Origin: a virus
Lineage: Duplodnaviria > Caudoviricetes
Direction: 5' to 3' (one strand)
Length of the DNA stretch: 64,000 nucleotides
Virus record (IMG/VR): IMGVR_UViG_3300042541_001363
Span: 19,118-83,117 of that record
Shown: positions 37,644-46,960 of the stretch, in pieces
How the letters are laid out: each line of letters opens with the position of its first letter
Position numbering within the stretch: the first letter of the stretch is position 1
Made by a program: the position numbers and the translations under genes
Notes under the pieces: generated by a model
Told to the model about the DNA's origin: nothing
Databases searched by the model: none
The model's input: only the letters and a program-made list of their open reading frames with translations

Positions 37644-39434
37644 ATATACCATAGTTCCGCAATCATATATTCTATATATTTTCCTTTCTAGCATTATTTG
37701 ATGCTCTGTAAGGTCTTTATTGTACCCTTGATTAACTAGTATTGATTTTCTAAAACCAAATCTATGTTTTCTTTTATTATTTATTATATAGTGATAATTA
37801 GGATTACTATTATGGGTGTTTATAAATTTTAATTTATTATATAACCCACCTTGACTCCATCTTCTATCAGCGTAGCTAATAATTTCTATGGGTTTATATG
37901 TTTTTATGAAATATTTTAATAACTTATCAGCTCCACCAATAACTGTTGTATCTAGTTTGTTGCAGAATCTAAGTAATTCGTATTGATTTGAGTCACCACC
38001 CATAGCTATCCTACCCTTACCAAATGTCATCAAAGATACTAACTCATCATTATAATACAACCCTAGTTTGATGCTTGAGTTGACGTTGCCTTGAATATGA
38101 TTGGTATCTAAAAACTCTTTAGAATATTTAGGTGACACTTCTTTTACAACTGTTTTCCTAGCGTATATTTTATTGGGTGTTAATCCTAAGATATTTGATA
38201 GTCTAGATTTAACTATATCTTGTTTATCTCTCCACTCGTCTTCAAATATGTGAATTAATTGTATACCTTTTTTCTCACATAATTCGGTTTTATTTAGATG
38301 ATAGTTTGATGGTTTATGTATTTCAGAATGCCAATATAAACCATCAAATTCGATTGCTAGGTTATGTGATGGTATGTATATATCTAATTCTAATGGTGAT
38401 ATTATTTTTTTAGTATTTTCAATATATACCACACCAATTGATTTGATAAACTCTTTCACTTCACCTTCAGATTTATCATAATTTAAACCGCATTTAGGAC
38501 AACCACAACCTCTTAAATGTGAATCAGCTAATTGTGAAAATTCACCATGTTCTGAACATATAATATTTACATAATCTTTACAATTAAGGTAGTTAGATAA
38601 TGAATAATCATATCTATTGTTATGTGTTAAATTAGCTTCTATTATAAACTCTTCAGTTGTTTTTGTTTTCTTTTCAGTTATTGATAACCCTTTGCATTTT
38701 GGGCATCCATTACCACCTAAATGATTATTTGGTGCTTGCTCAAATTCACCATGAATTGGGCATATAATTTTAATTTTATTTTTGCTATTTGTATAATTAA
38801 CAAGTGAATAATCATATTTATCACTATGTGTTTTTTTAGCTTTTTCTATAAATAAAGTTGCATCCATAAAATACCCACTACATTTTGGACAACCATGACC
38901 TTTTTTATGTGTATTAAATGTCTGTTCAAATATACCATGTTCTTTACATCTAATCTTAATAGGTGTTTTTTCAGATACGTATTCAACCATTGAATAATCG
39001 TATTTATCACCATGGACTTGTTTTAATGCATTAATAACATCATTATTGTCTTTATCTCTACCAAAACATTTTGGACAGTTGCTACCACTCATATGAAGTT
39101 TAGCATATTGTTTAAACTCACCATGTTCACTACAAATAATGGTAACATTACTATTAGCATTTTTATATTCACATAAAGAGTAATCATATTTATCACCATG
39201 TATTTTTTTTGATTTTTCAATAAATTCTTCTGGTGATATTTTATAATTAACACTACATTTAGGACAACCTTGCTTTCTACTTATATGTTTTTCTGGTGTT
39301 TGTTCGAAAACACCATGCTCTGGACAAACTATTTTAACTTTCTTTTTAGTACTCACATATTCAACCAATGAATAATCATACTTATTAGAATGTATTAAAA
39401 TAGAACTCTCTTTAAACTTATTTAATTTTTCCAT
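37623..39434 (-). CDS. Hef-like putative homing endonuclease copy 3 (five Zn-ribbon repeats + nuclease + Mom-like GNAT)
   Basis: Same architecture as 19243..20895; AIEFDGLYWHS; ELLRFC...IISYADRRW. Confidence 0.75.
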   Translation of the reverse strand: MEKLNKFKESSILIHSNKYDYSLVEYVSTKKKVKIVCPEHGVFEQTPEKHISRKQGCPKCSVNYKISPEEFIEKSKKIHGDKYDYSLCEYKNANSNVTIICSEHGEFKQYAKLHMSGSNCPKCFGRDKDNNDVINALKQVHGDKYDYSMVEYVSEKTPIKIRCKEHGIFEQTFNTHKKGHGCPKCSGYFMDATLFIEKAKKTHSDKYDYSLVNYTNSKNKIKIICPIHGEFEQAPNNHLGGNGCPKCKGLSITEKKTKTTEEFIIEANLTHNNRYDYSLSNYLNCKDYVNIICSEHGEFSQLADSHLRGCGCPKCGLNYDKSEGEVKEFIKSIGVVYIENTKKIISPLELDIYIPSHNLAIEFDGLYWHSEIHKPSNYHLNKTELCEKKGIQLIHIFEDEWRDKQDIVKSRLSNILGLTPNKIYARKTVVKEVSPKYSKEFLDTNHIQGNVNSSIKLGLYYNDELVSLMTFGKGRIAMGGDSNQYELLRFCNKLDTTVIGGADKLLKYFIKTYKPIEIISYADRRWSQGGLYNKLKFINTHNSNPNYHYIINNKRKHRFGFRKSILVNQGYNKDLTEHQIMLERKIYRIYDCGTMVYKKTPTY

Positions 39435-39438
39435 ATTA

Positions 39439-39470
39439 CAAATATACTAATAAATATTTAATAAGTCAAA
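39439..39470 (-). promoter_or_regulatory. Bacteroidota-type promoter, probably leaderless
   Basis: Minus strand TTTG - 20 nt - TATATTTG, ending 4 nt before ATG 39434. Confidence 0.65.
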
Positions 39471-39552
39471 CAATTAATTAATATTTTGTCATTATTAATA
39501 ATGGTGATGTTTTTTTTTTATTTATGTAGATATTTATAACTAAACACATAAT

Positions 39553-39957
39553 ATGAAATTAAGGATAACTACAGAGCAATATAATGCTATTTTGATTAGA
39601 GAACAAAAAGAACGTTCTGATAAACAACAATTAACTGAAAATGTTCTTATGGGTTTTTCTAAGATGATTGGTGTTCCTTTGACTGGTAGAAACAAAATTG
39701 ATGCTGAGAAAGCATTGGATGATAAAGATACTATTTTGAAGATTAAAAACACACTTGAAGATAAGGGTAAATTAAAATCATTGGTTGATTCATTGGAGGA
39801 AAAGGGTATGAAAGAACCTAATTCTAGGATTGCTAAAGACGCTCAGAAAATTATTGATGATTATAATGCTTTGGCTACTAAAAATGGCTTAAAAGACATG
39901 TTAGGGTTAGATGCGTTAACAAATCTTAATGATTTAGATAAATCAACTAAGAATTAA
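39553..39957 (+). CDS. hypothetical protein (MK.R.T.EQY N-terminal motif)
   Basis: ORF preceded by TATTTATA (39531); N-terminus resembles that of 47284..48774. Confidence 0.6.
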   Translation: MKLRITTEQYNAILIREQKERSDKQQLTENVLMGFSKMIGVPLTGRNKIDAEKALDDKDTILKIKNTLEDKGKLKSLVDSLEEKGMKEPNSRIAKDAQKIIDDYNALATKNGLKDMLGLDALTNLNDLDKSTKN

Positions 39958-40253
39958 TCATTATTTTCTTCTAATATACCATAGATAAATTCAATTATTT
40001 CTGGAATACCGTATTTTTCTTGCCATTCACCTTCTTTTAGGTTTAATGTATCATATTTTTTATCATATAACACAAAGAGTTCTTCACTAGAAAGCTTATG
40101 TTCTATGTTATTTTTAATTAGAATGGATTTAACCAATCCACATATCATTTCACCAGTAATATAGGTTATCCAATCACATTCATCTAATAGTTTATCCAAA
40201 GATTCGTTATATTGTGATAAAAGTTGTTTTTGTGTTATGTCTAATTTTTTCAT
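39954..40253 (-). CDS. hypothetical protein
   Basis: 99-aa ORF overlapping the stop of the upstream nuclease gene by 4 nt. Confidence 0.55.
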   Translation of the reverse strand: MKKLDITQKQLLSQYNESLDKLLDECDWITYITGEMICGLVKSILIKNNIEHKLSSEELFVLYDKKYDTLNLKEGEWQEKYGIPEIIEFIYGILEENND

Positions 40254-41803
40254 ATTTTAATTTTTTTACGATAAAGCATATTACCACAATCATATATTCT
40301 ATATATACCTCTTTCTAACATGATTTCACGTTCTGTTTTGATTGGGTCAAATCCTTCTTTGATTAATATGTCTTTTCTATATTTAAACCTATATTCTCTT
40401 TGTGTGCCTAATATATACCAATAGTTAGGTTTAGAATTATGAACAAACTCAAACCCTAATTTTTCATATAAATTGCCTTGACTCCATCTTCTATCAGCGT
40501 AGCTAATGATTTCTTTTGGGTTATGTGTCTTTATAAAGTATTTTAATAGTTTATCAGCACCTCCAATAATTGTTGTGTTTAACTTATTACAAAACCTAAA
40601 TAACTCATATGTACCATCGATGTTAGTAGCTCCCATTGATTTTCTTAATAATCCAAATGTCATAAGACTAACTAATTCATCATTGTGATATAAACCTATT
40701 TTAATTTTAGCATTCACATTACCTTGTATGTGGTTATTATCTAAAAATACTTTAGAATCTTTAGGTGAGACTTCTTTTATAACACAATTTCTACCATATA
40801 TTTTATTGGGTGTTAATCCTAGTATATTTGATAGTCTAGATTTAACTATCTCTTGTTTATTCAACCATTCATCTTCAAATACATGTATTAATTTAATTCC
40901 TAAAGATTCACACAGTTCAGTTTTATTTAAATGATAATCATTATCTTTATATAACTCAGAATGCCAATATAAACCATTGTATTCAATGGCTAAGTTATGA
41001 GATTGGATGTATATATCTAGTTCTTTACCATTTAGTATTGTTCTATTGTTATTGGTAGGGGTTACGTTTAATGTTTCTAAGAAATTAAAAAGTTCAGTTT
41101 CTGGATAACTTAAATTACTTTTTAAACTAACACATGTTTTACAAATTGGTATTTTATTTCTAAGTCTATAATTTATTTCATTGTTGTTGAATTCACTTAT
41201 GTTTTCACAAGTTTCACATTTAATTTTATAAAGACCACAATCATTATTTATTATATTTATATTTGAGAATTTATCTTTATTTTCAATTCTAATTTTAACT
41301 TTTTTAGATTGTGCTGGGTATTCAGTACCATATTTTTTAATAGAGCCTTCTTTAAATATTTGTTTAACTCTATGTAATTTCATTACATTATCAACACCGT
41401 ATCTTTCTATATTTGTTTTTATTGTTTTTAATTTAATATCGTCAGACGAAAAAGGTGTTGAACCACCATATTTAACATTATTTGTTTTTTTTACATTTTC
41501 TTTATGTTCATTGTTTTTGTTTGTACATTTTAATGAACAATACTTACCATAGCCATTATTTAATGATTTACCAAATTTTAATTGGTTTTCACATTCTAAA
41601 CATTTTGGGTGTTCTGTTTTGTTATTTAAGAAGTACCAAATTTTTTCTTTAAATGTATAATTTACCAATCCATGGGTATTAGAATAGTTTATAATTTCAT
41701 TATATAAATCATTAAATTTATTTTTTAACTTGTTTTCACACGTTTTCCAACCAGATTTATTATCTGTTAAAAAAAAATTAGAATAATCAAGTTTATTTTC
41801 CAT
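40250..41803 (-). CDS. Hef-like putative homing endonuclease copy 4 (K.TN..KYG repeats + nuclease + Mom-like GNAT)
   Basis: N-terminal Y.NFF.TDNKSGWKT.E, C..C zinc motifs, repeated KTN..KYG; then AIEYNGLYWHS and the GNAT-like domain. Confidence 0.75.
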   Translation of the reverse strand: MENKLDYSNFFLTDNKSGWKTCENKLKNKFNDLYNEIINYSNTHGLVNYTFKEKIWYFLNNKTEHPKCLECENQLKFGKSLNNGYGKYCSLKCTNKNNEHKENVKKTNNVKYGGSTPFSSDDIKLKTIKTNIERYGVDNVMKLHRVKQIFKEGSIKKYGTEYPAQSKKVKIRIENKDKFSNINIINNDCGLYKIKCETCENISEFNNNEINYRLRNKIPICKTCVSLKSNLSYPETELFNFLETLNVTPTNNNRTILNGKELDIYIQSHNLAIEYNGLYWHSELYKDNDYHLNKTELCESLGIKLIHVFEDEWLNKQEIVKSRLSNILGLTPNKIYGRNCVIKEVSPKDSKVFLDNNHIQGNVNAKIKIGLYHNDELVSLMTFGLLRKSMGATNIDGTYELFRFCNKLNTTIIGGADKLLKYFIKTHNPKEIISYADRRWSQGNLYEKLGFEFVHNSKPNYWYILGTQREYRFKYRKDILIKEGFDPIKTEREIMLERGIYRIYDCGNMLYRKKIKI

Positions 41804-41820
41804 TTATAGATATTTATTAA

Positions 41821-41851
41821 CAAAGATACTAATATTTATCTTTAAAACAAA
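41821..41851 (-). promoter_or_regulatory. Bacteroidota-type promoter
   Basis: Minus strand TTTG - 19 nt - TATCTTTG. Confidence 0.6.
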
Positions 41852-41883
41852 TAAAATAACACAAAAAATTAAAATTTTATAAC

Positions 41884-42372
41884 ATGAGTGACTTATTAAT
41901 GAAGATGCCGTTACCATATGAACCAAAGAAAAAGAATCGTTGGTTAATAACATTCCCTTCAGATTTAGGGATTCAACAATGGTGGTTATCATCAGCATCA
42001 AGACCTTCAATTTCACAAAGTGAAGTAGAAATACCTTTCCTAAACACATCTACATGGGTTATTGGTCGATTTACATGGGAATCAATTGATGTAACTTTCC
42101 GTGACCCGATTGGTCCATCTGCTGCACAAGCAATTATGGAATGGGTACGTTTACATTCTGAATCAATCACTGGTCGTCAAGGTTACGCGGCTGGATACAA
42201 GAGACCAGTTGAACTTGAAATGCTTGACCCAACGGGTGTTGTTATTGAGAAATGGTTATTGGATGGTACCATGTTAACGAACGTTGCATTCGGTGATTTA
42301 TCGATGGACGACGATGGTATCGCAGAAATAACTACAACATTACGTTTTGATAGAGCAATATTACTATTTTAA
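41884..42372 (+). CDS. gp19: tail tube protein (T4 gp19-like)
   Basis: YEPKKKNRWLITF, RPS.....VEIPFLN...V.GRFTWESI.VTFRD, LDPTG.VIEKW.L; lies downstream of the sheath gene. Confidence 0.9.
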   Translation: MSDLLMKMPLPYEPKKKNRWLITFPSDLGIQQWWLSSASRPSISQSEVEIPFLNTSTWVIGRFTWESIDVTFRDPIGPSAAQAIMEWVRLHSESITGRQGYAAGYKRPVELEMLDPTGVVIEKWLLDGTMLTNVAFGDLSMDDDGIAEITTTLRFDRAILLF

Positions 42373-42395
42373 AATATTGATAATCAGAGATTTAC

Positions 42396-42436
42396 AAAAT
42401 ACCATATCATAATAAAACGATATGGTATTTTTTTTT
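42396..42436 (+). terminator. intrinsic terminator after the tail tube gene
   Basis: aaaataccatatc-ataataaaac-gatatggtatttt followed by a T-run. Confidence 0.8.
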
Positions 42437-42457
42437 ATATTAAATTTTCATTTATCC

Positions 42458-42488
42458 TTGTATACGTATATTTTTATCAGTATATTTG
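42458..42488 (+). promoter_or_regulatory. Bacteroidota-type promoter
   Basis: TTG - 20 nt - TATATTTG (42481-88). Confidence 0.65.
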
Positions 42489-42505
42489 TATAAAAATAAA
42501 ATATT

Positions 42506-44068
42506 ATGGATTATAAAAATTTCTTCACTACTGATAATAAATCTGGGTGGAAAACTAGGGAGTCGTTATTAAAAAAAAATGAACCAAAAATATATGATGA
42601 ATTAAAAATTTTCATAGTTAAAAATAATTTAAACGAATTACCATTTAAACAACAAGTTTGGCATTTTATTAATAATGACACTGAGATTAAAAAATGTTTA
42701 GGTTGTGGTGTTAATGTAGAATTTAGAGATACTCTACTTAAAGGTTATCGTAATTTTTGTTCTTTACCATGTGCAAATAGTAGTGGTTTATTAGAGAAAA
42801 GAGCGTCAGAAGCGATTAAAATTAAATATGGTGTTGATAGTTTTCCTCAACATGAGTCGTTTGTTAAAAAAGTTAAAGCAACTAAATTAGCTAAGTATGG
42901 TAATGAGAATTATAATAATATTTCTCAAACACTAATAACAAAAGAAATATTATATGGTGATAAAAACTACTCAAATTTAGATAAAAACGCTATAACAACT
43001 AGAGAAAATTTATTACTAAGGTTGCAGTCAAAAACTTTAGATGAATTATTAAATTATGGTATAAATGATAAACACATAACCCTTTTATGTTCTTCATGTA
43101 AAATGGAGTATGATATTTATCAAGGGTTATTTAAATATAGATGTAGTGTTAATGTTAAACCTTGTACTATATGTAATCCTATACGTGAAACTAACAGTAT
43201 CCAAGAGAAAGAATTATTTGAGTTTGTTAAGGAGATATTACCTAACGAAATAGTAAATAATAAAGATAGAAGTATCATTTCTAATATTAAACCGTTAGAA
43301 TTAGATATATACATACCATCTCGTAACATAGCCATAGAATATAATGGTTTATATTGGCATTCTGATAAATTCGAATCCGATTCTCACCTTAAAGATAAAA
43401 CAGTTAAATGTGAAGAAAAGGGTGTTGATTTGATACATGTTTTTGAGGATGAATGGATTTTTAAGAAAGATATTGTTAAAAGTGTTATCAATAGTAAATT
43501 AGGGTTATTTGATAATGTTATTTTTGGTAGAAAGTGCATTATAAAAGAAGTATCACCTAAAGAATCCAAAAAGTTTTTGGATAATAACCATTTACAAGGT
43601 ACTATTCCGTCTAAAATTAAATTAGGGTTATATTATAATGATGAATTGGTTTCATTGATGACATTTGGTTCTTTAAGAAAAGCTATGGGGTCAAAAAGTG
43701 TTGATGGGTCATTTGAATTATATCGTTTCGCTAATAAATTAAATACTAGTGTATTGGGTTCTTTTTCAAAATTGTTAAAATACTTTATAACCACTTATAA
43801 CCCAAATTCAATTCTAACTTTTTCTGATAATAGATATTTTAGTGGTGAAGTTTATAAAAATAATGGTTTTGAATTTATACATAATTCAAGACCAAATTAT
43901 TTTTATGTGATTAACAATAAACGTGAATATAGATTTAAATACAGAAAAGATGTTTTGGTTAAAGAAGGATTTGACCCGTCTAAATCAGAACGTCAAATAA
44001 TGAAAGAAAGGGGTTTTAATAGAATCTATGATTGTGGTAATAAGAAATGGATATTAAAAATTAAATAA
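42506..44068 (+). CDS. Hef-like putative homing endonuclease copy 5 (KYG repeats + nuclease + Mom-like GNAT)
   Basis: N-terminus MDYKNFFTTDNKSGWKTRE like copy 4; AIEYNGLYWHS; ELYRFAN...ILTFSDNRY.SG.VY..NGF. Confidence 0.75.
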   Translation: MDYKNFFTTDNKSGWKTRESLLKKNEPKIYDELKIFIVKNNLNELPFKQQVWHFINNDTEIKKCLGCGVNVEFRDTLLKGYRNFCSLPCANSSGLLEKRASEAIKIKYGVDSFPQHESFVKKVKATKLAKYGNENYNNISQTLITKEILYGDKNYSNLDKNAITTRENLLLRLQSKTLDELLNYGINDKHITLLCSSCKMEYDIYQGLFKYRCSVNVKPCTICNPIRETNSIQEKELFEFVKEILPNEIVNNKDRSIISNIKPLELDIYIPSRNIAIEYNGLYWHSDKFESDSHLKDKTVKCEEKGVDLIHVFEDEWIFKKDIVKSVINSKLGLFDNVIFGRKCIIKEVSPKESKKFLDNNHLQGTIPSKIKLGLYYNDELVSLMTFGSLRKAMGSKSVDGSFELYRFANKLNTSVLGSFSKLLKYFITTYNPNSILTFSDNRYFSGEVYKNNGFEFIHNSRPNYFYVINNKREYRFKYRKDVLVKEGFDPSKSERQIMKERGFNRIYDCGNKKWILKIK

Positions 44069-44117
44069 CAATAGTGTTTTTTTTTTAGTTTTATGATATA
44101 TTTATAGATAAAAGAAT

Positions 44118-44387
44118 ATGAGAAGATTTGACAAAAAGCATATAATAGATAAATCTAATTTATTGGCCGAAGAAAGGTATTTGGAAACAAAAGGTTTAAT
44201 TAAAGAAGGTTATTTTGCTGACCCTATGTCTAAAGGTACTAGAATTAAATTTAATGGTAGAGATGCTGAAGTAATTGCTTTTGAAGCTAATCCACGTCAA
44301 GAAGTGTCTTACACTATTAAATATGATGATAATGGTGAGCAAGACCAAATTACTGGTGGCGATAAAAGAATAGAAATAATTAAATAA
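44118..44387 (+). CDS. hypothetical protein (MR..DK...K.NLL.E.RYL leader)
   Basis: TATTTATA upstream; leader shared with 44400..45503. Confidence 0.65.
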   Translation: MRRFDKKHIIDKSNLLAEERYLETKGLIKEGYFADPMSKGTRIKFNGRDAEVIAFEANPRQEVSYTIKYDDNGEQDQITGGDKRIEIIK

Positions 44388-44399
44388 ATAAAAAAGAGT

Positions 44400-45503
44400 A
44401 TGAGAAAATCAGATAAGATAAAAAATTTTAAGAAGGTTAATTTATTAACTGAACAACGTTATTTACAATCAAAAAATATTATAACTGAATCTTCATATTA
44501 TGGTATGGATGAAAGTGGTTTAGGTATTAGTGGTTCAGAGATTGATATTGAAGGAATAACAGATGCTTTGGTTGCAACTACATTACATGGTGGTGATGAT
44601 AACACAGTTTATTTGAGAGCTAAAGATTCATTGGCTGATTCTAATGACCAAGTAAAAGGTGAATTTTACACTATGTTAGCTGACAAGATGGAAGCAAACA
44701 ATTTAAGTAATCAAGCACAACAATATAGAAGTATTACACAGCAATTCAGTAATGGGGTGGAAGAACCTAAAGATGAATTAGATGAATATGATTATAGACG
44801 TTTTGACCAAAATTATGGTACATTAGAAAAAGATAGAAAAGAAAAAATAAACCAATTCGGTAAAGATAGACAAGCTACATATGGTATAAAAATGAAAGGT
44901 TTAAATACGGATTCAACTGCTTTTTTATCACCAAGATTAAGTAGCGATATATATTGTTGGCGTTTTAAAACACATCGTATACCAAATTTAGATGATAGTT
45001 TATCTTTTGCTAATAAATTGTATGCACAACAACAGAATAATGGTAATAAACCATTTTATACTGGAAAAGATGATGAAACTTATAAATTCTTTATGCATCA
45101 AGCTTATGATATTTTTGATATTGGTTTAAAAGGTGACTCAGCATTTATAAAAGGATATAAAGATATTGATTATGTTGAACTAGAATTTAATTTACCAAAT
45201 ACTTTAGTTAATTACAAGACAAATCGTGGTGATACTAATCAAGAAACTAAAGACATGCTTAAATTAGTTACAATCGGTACATTGGTTAAAAATAATGATA
45301 AGATTAACCCACCATTTACATATAAAGTATATGGAATAAAAACAGAATTAGAGTTAATACCTTCTTCACCACAAGATGCTATTAAATTAATTAATATTAT
45401 AAAAGAAACAATTAAAAATGAATATAAATTTGAATTGAATAAATTATTTATATCAGATGTTATTATTGAGAAACAAGCTTTTTCTAAAGGTAACTTTAGG
45501 TAA
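44400..45503 (+). CDS. hypothetical protein (same N-terminal leader)
   Basis: 367-aa ORF. Confidence 0.65.
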   Translation: MRKSDKIKNFKKVNLLTEQRYLQSKNIITESSYYGMDESGLGISGSEIDIEGITDALVATTLHGGDDNTVYLRAKDSLADSNDQVKGEFYTMLADKMEANNLSNQAQQYRSITQQFSNGVEEPKDELDEYDYRRFDQNYGTLEKDRKEKINQFGKDRQATYGIKMKGLNTDSTAFLSPRLSSDIYCWRFKTHRIPNLDDSLSFANKLYAQQQNNGNKPFYTGKDDETYKFFMHQAYDIFDIGLKGDSAFIKGYKDIDYVELEFNLPNTLVNYKTNRGDTNQETKDMLKLVTIGTLVKNNDKINPPFTYKVYGIKTELELIPSSPQDAIKLINIIKETIKNEYKFELNKLFISDVIIEKQAFSKGNFR

Positions 45504-45532
45504 TAAATTATAATTAACATGTAATTAATATT

Positions 45533-45558
45533 AAAACCACTTTAACGAGTGGTTTTTT
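45533..45558 (+). terminator. intrinsic terminator
   Basis: aaaaccact-ttaacg-agtggtttt-ttt. Confidence 0.8.
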
Positions 45559-45643
45559 TATTTTATATGGTTTCTATTTACAAAAAACGTTTGATATCTA
45601 TATTTATCATTAAAGTTATAACAAATTTAATAATAAGTTTTAT

Positions 45644-46960
45644 ATGGACATTAAACCCAACGTTTTTCCTAATCAACAACAAATGGAAGCGATTCAATCA
45701 GAAGAAGCTAAAAAAGCTGCTTTTGAAGCTGAGAAGGCACAAGCAACTAACGAAATCTATTCAAATGCTGCTACACCATCAGATACACCAGAAGGCCATT
45801 ACAACGCAGTAGAAGCTATGAGAATTCGTACACAGCAACAACTTGAGGCTAAGAATGTATCTGGTAAAGTGCAACACCCAGAATTATCTGAAAAAGTTAT
45901 TCAACGTGTTGAACAACCAAGTCAAGTTCAAGAAGACCCTAATGCTGAATTGTTAAGAAAAAGAGATGAACAATTAAGAATAAACCAAGAAAACATTTTA
46001 AGATATCAGCAACAAGCTAATCAAGCATCGGCTAGAGGTAATGATAATGTTGAAACTAATTCTGGGTTATATGAAGTAAATAATCAAACAAATATGAATC
46101 AAAATCAACAAAGTACATCGAACAATTATGTTCCACCAACACCACCATCAGTTCCACCAACAACCAATTTTTCGAGCTATGGTCAAAACCCATCTAACAT
46201 AGACCCATATATCTATGAGATTAGTCAACCTAATTATAATGCTCCGTTTGATGTTATTCCTTTACCTTCTCAAGGTAAAATGTATCCAAATAAGAAGCCG
46301 AATGTAAAAGTTGCGTATATGACTACAGCTGATGAGAATATTCTTACTAGTCCTAACTTATTAGCTAGTGGTGAGTTCTTAGAGATTCTTATCAATAGAA
46401 AACTTTTAGAACCTAGTCTTAGATATAGAGATTTAACAGTTGGTGATAGAAATGCTATTATGCTTTGGTTAAGAGCAACTGGTTATGGTGAAATGTATCC
46501 AGTTACAATATATGATGAGAATAATAAACCATTTGAAACTGATATCAATTTACAAGATTTAAAAACAAAAAACTTAGGTGCTGAACCAGATTCTGAAGGA
46601 TTGTTTGATTTTGTATTACCATTATCTAAAAACCAAATTAAGTTTAAGTTTTTAACATGTGGTGATGTTGATGATATTGAGAGAATTGTGGAGGATGAAA
46701 GAGAAAAGAAACTACCTATTGATAATACAACAACGTATACTATTGAAAGAATCATTGTTGATGTAAATGGAACAAGAGATAAAAATTATATTAAAGATTT
46801 TGTATCAACACTTAGAATTGGTGATGGTAAAGCTTTGATGGATTATATTGCAAGTATTGAAAGTGGCATTGACCTAAATATCAATGTGACGACCCCAGGG
46901 GGAGGGTCGGTCGCTACCTTTCTTCCGCTTAACATGCGATTTTTTTGGCCTAACAGCTAA
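45644..46960 (+). CDS. baseplate hub/tail assembly chaperone (T4 gp26-like) with a long Q/N-rich N-terminus
   Basis: DVIPLPSQGK.YP...VKVAYMT..DENIL...LT.GDR.AI..WLRA.GYG..Y; ends RFFWPNS on a T7 run. Confidence 0.75.
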   Translation: MDIKPNVFPNQQQMEAIQSEEAKKAAFEAEKAQATNEIYSNAATPSDTPEGHYNAVEAMRIRTQQQLEAKNVSGKVQHPELSEKVIQRVEQPSQVQEDPNAELLRKRDEQLRINQENILRYQQQANQASARGNDNVETNSGLYEVNNQTNMNQNQQSTSNNYVPPTPPSVPPTTNFSSYGQNPSNIDPYIYEISQPNYNAPFDVIPLPSQGKMYPNKKPNVKVAYMTTADENILTSPNLLASGEFLEILINRKLLEPSLRYRDLTVGDRNAIMLWLRATGYGEMYPVTIYDENNKPFETDINLQDLKTKNLGAEPDSEGLFDFVLPLSKNQIKFKFLTCGDVDDIERIVEDEREKKLPIDNTTTYTIERIIVDVNGTRDKNYIKDFVSTLRIGDGKALMDYIASIESGIDLNINVTTPGGGSVATFLPLNMRFFWPNS

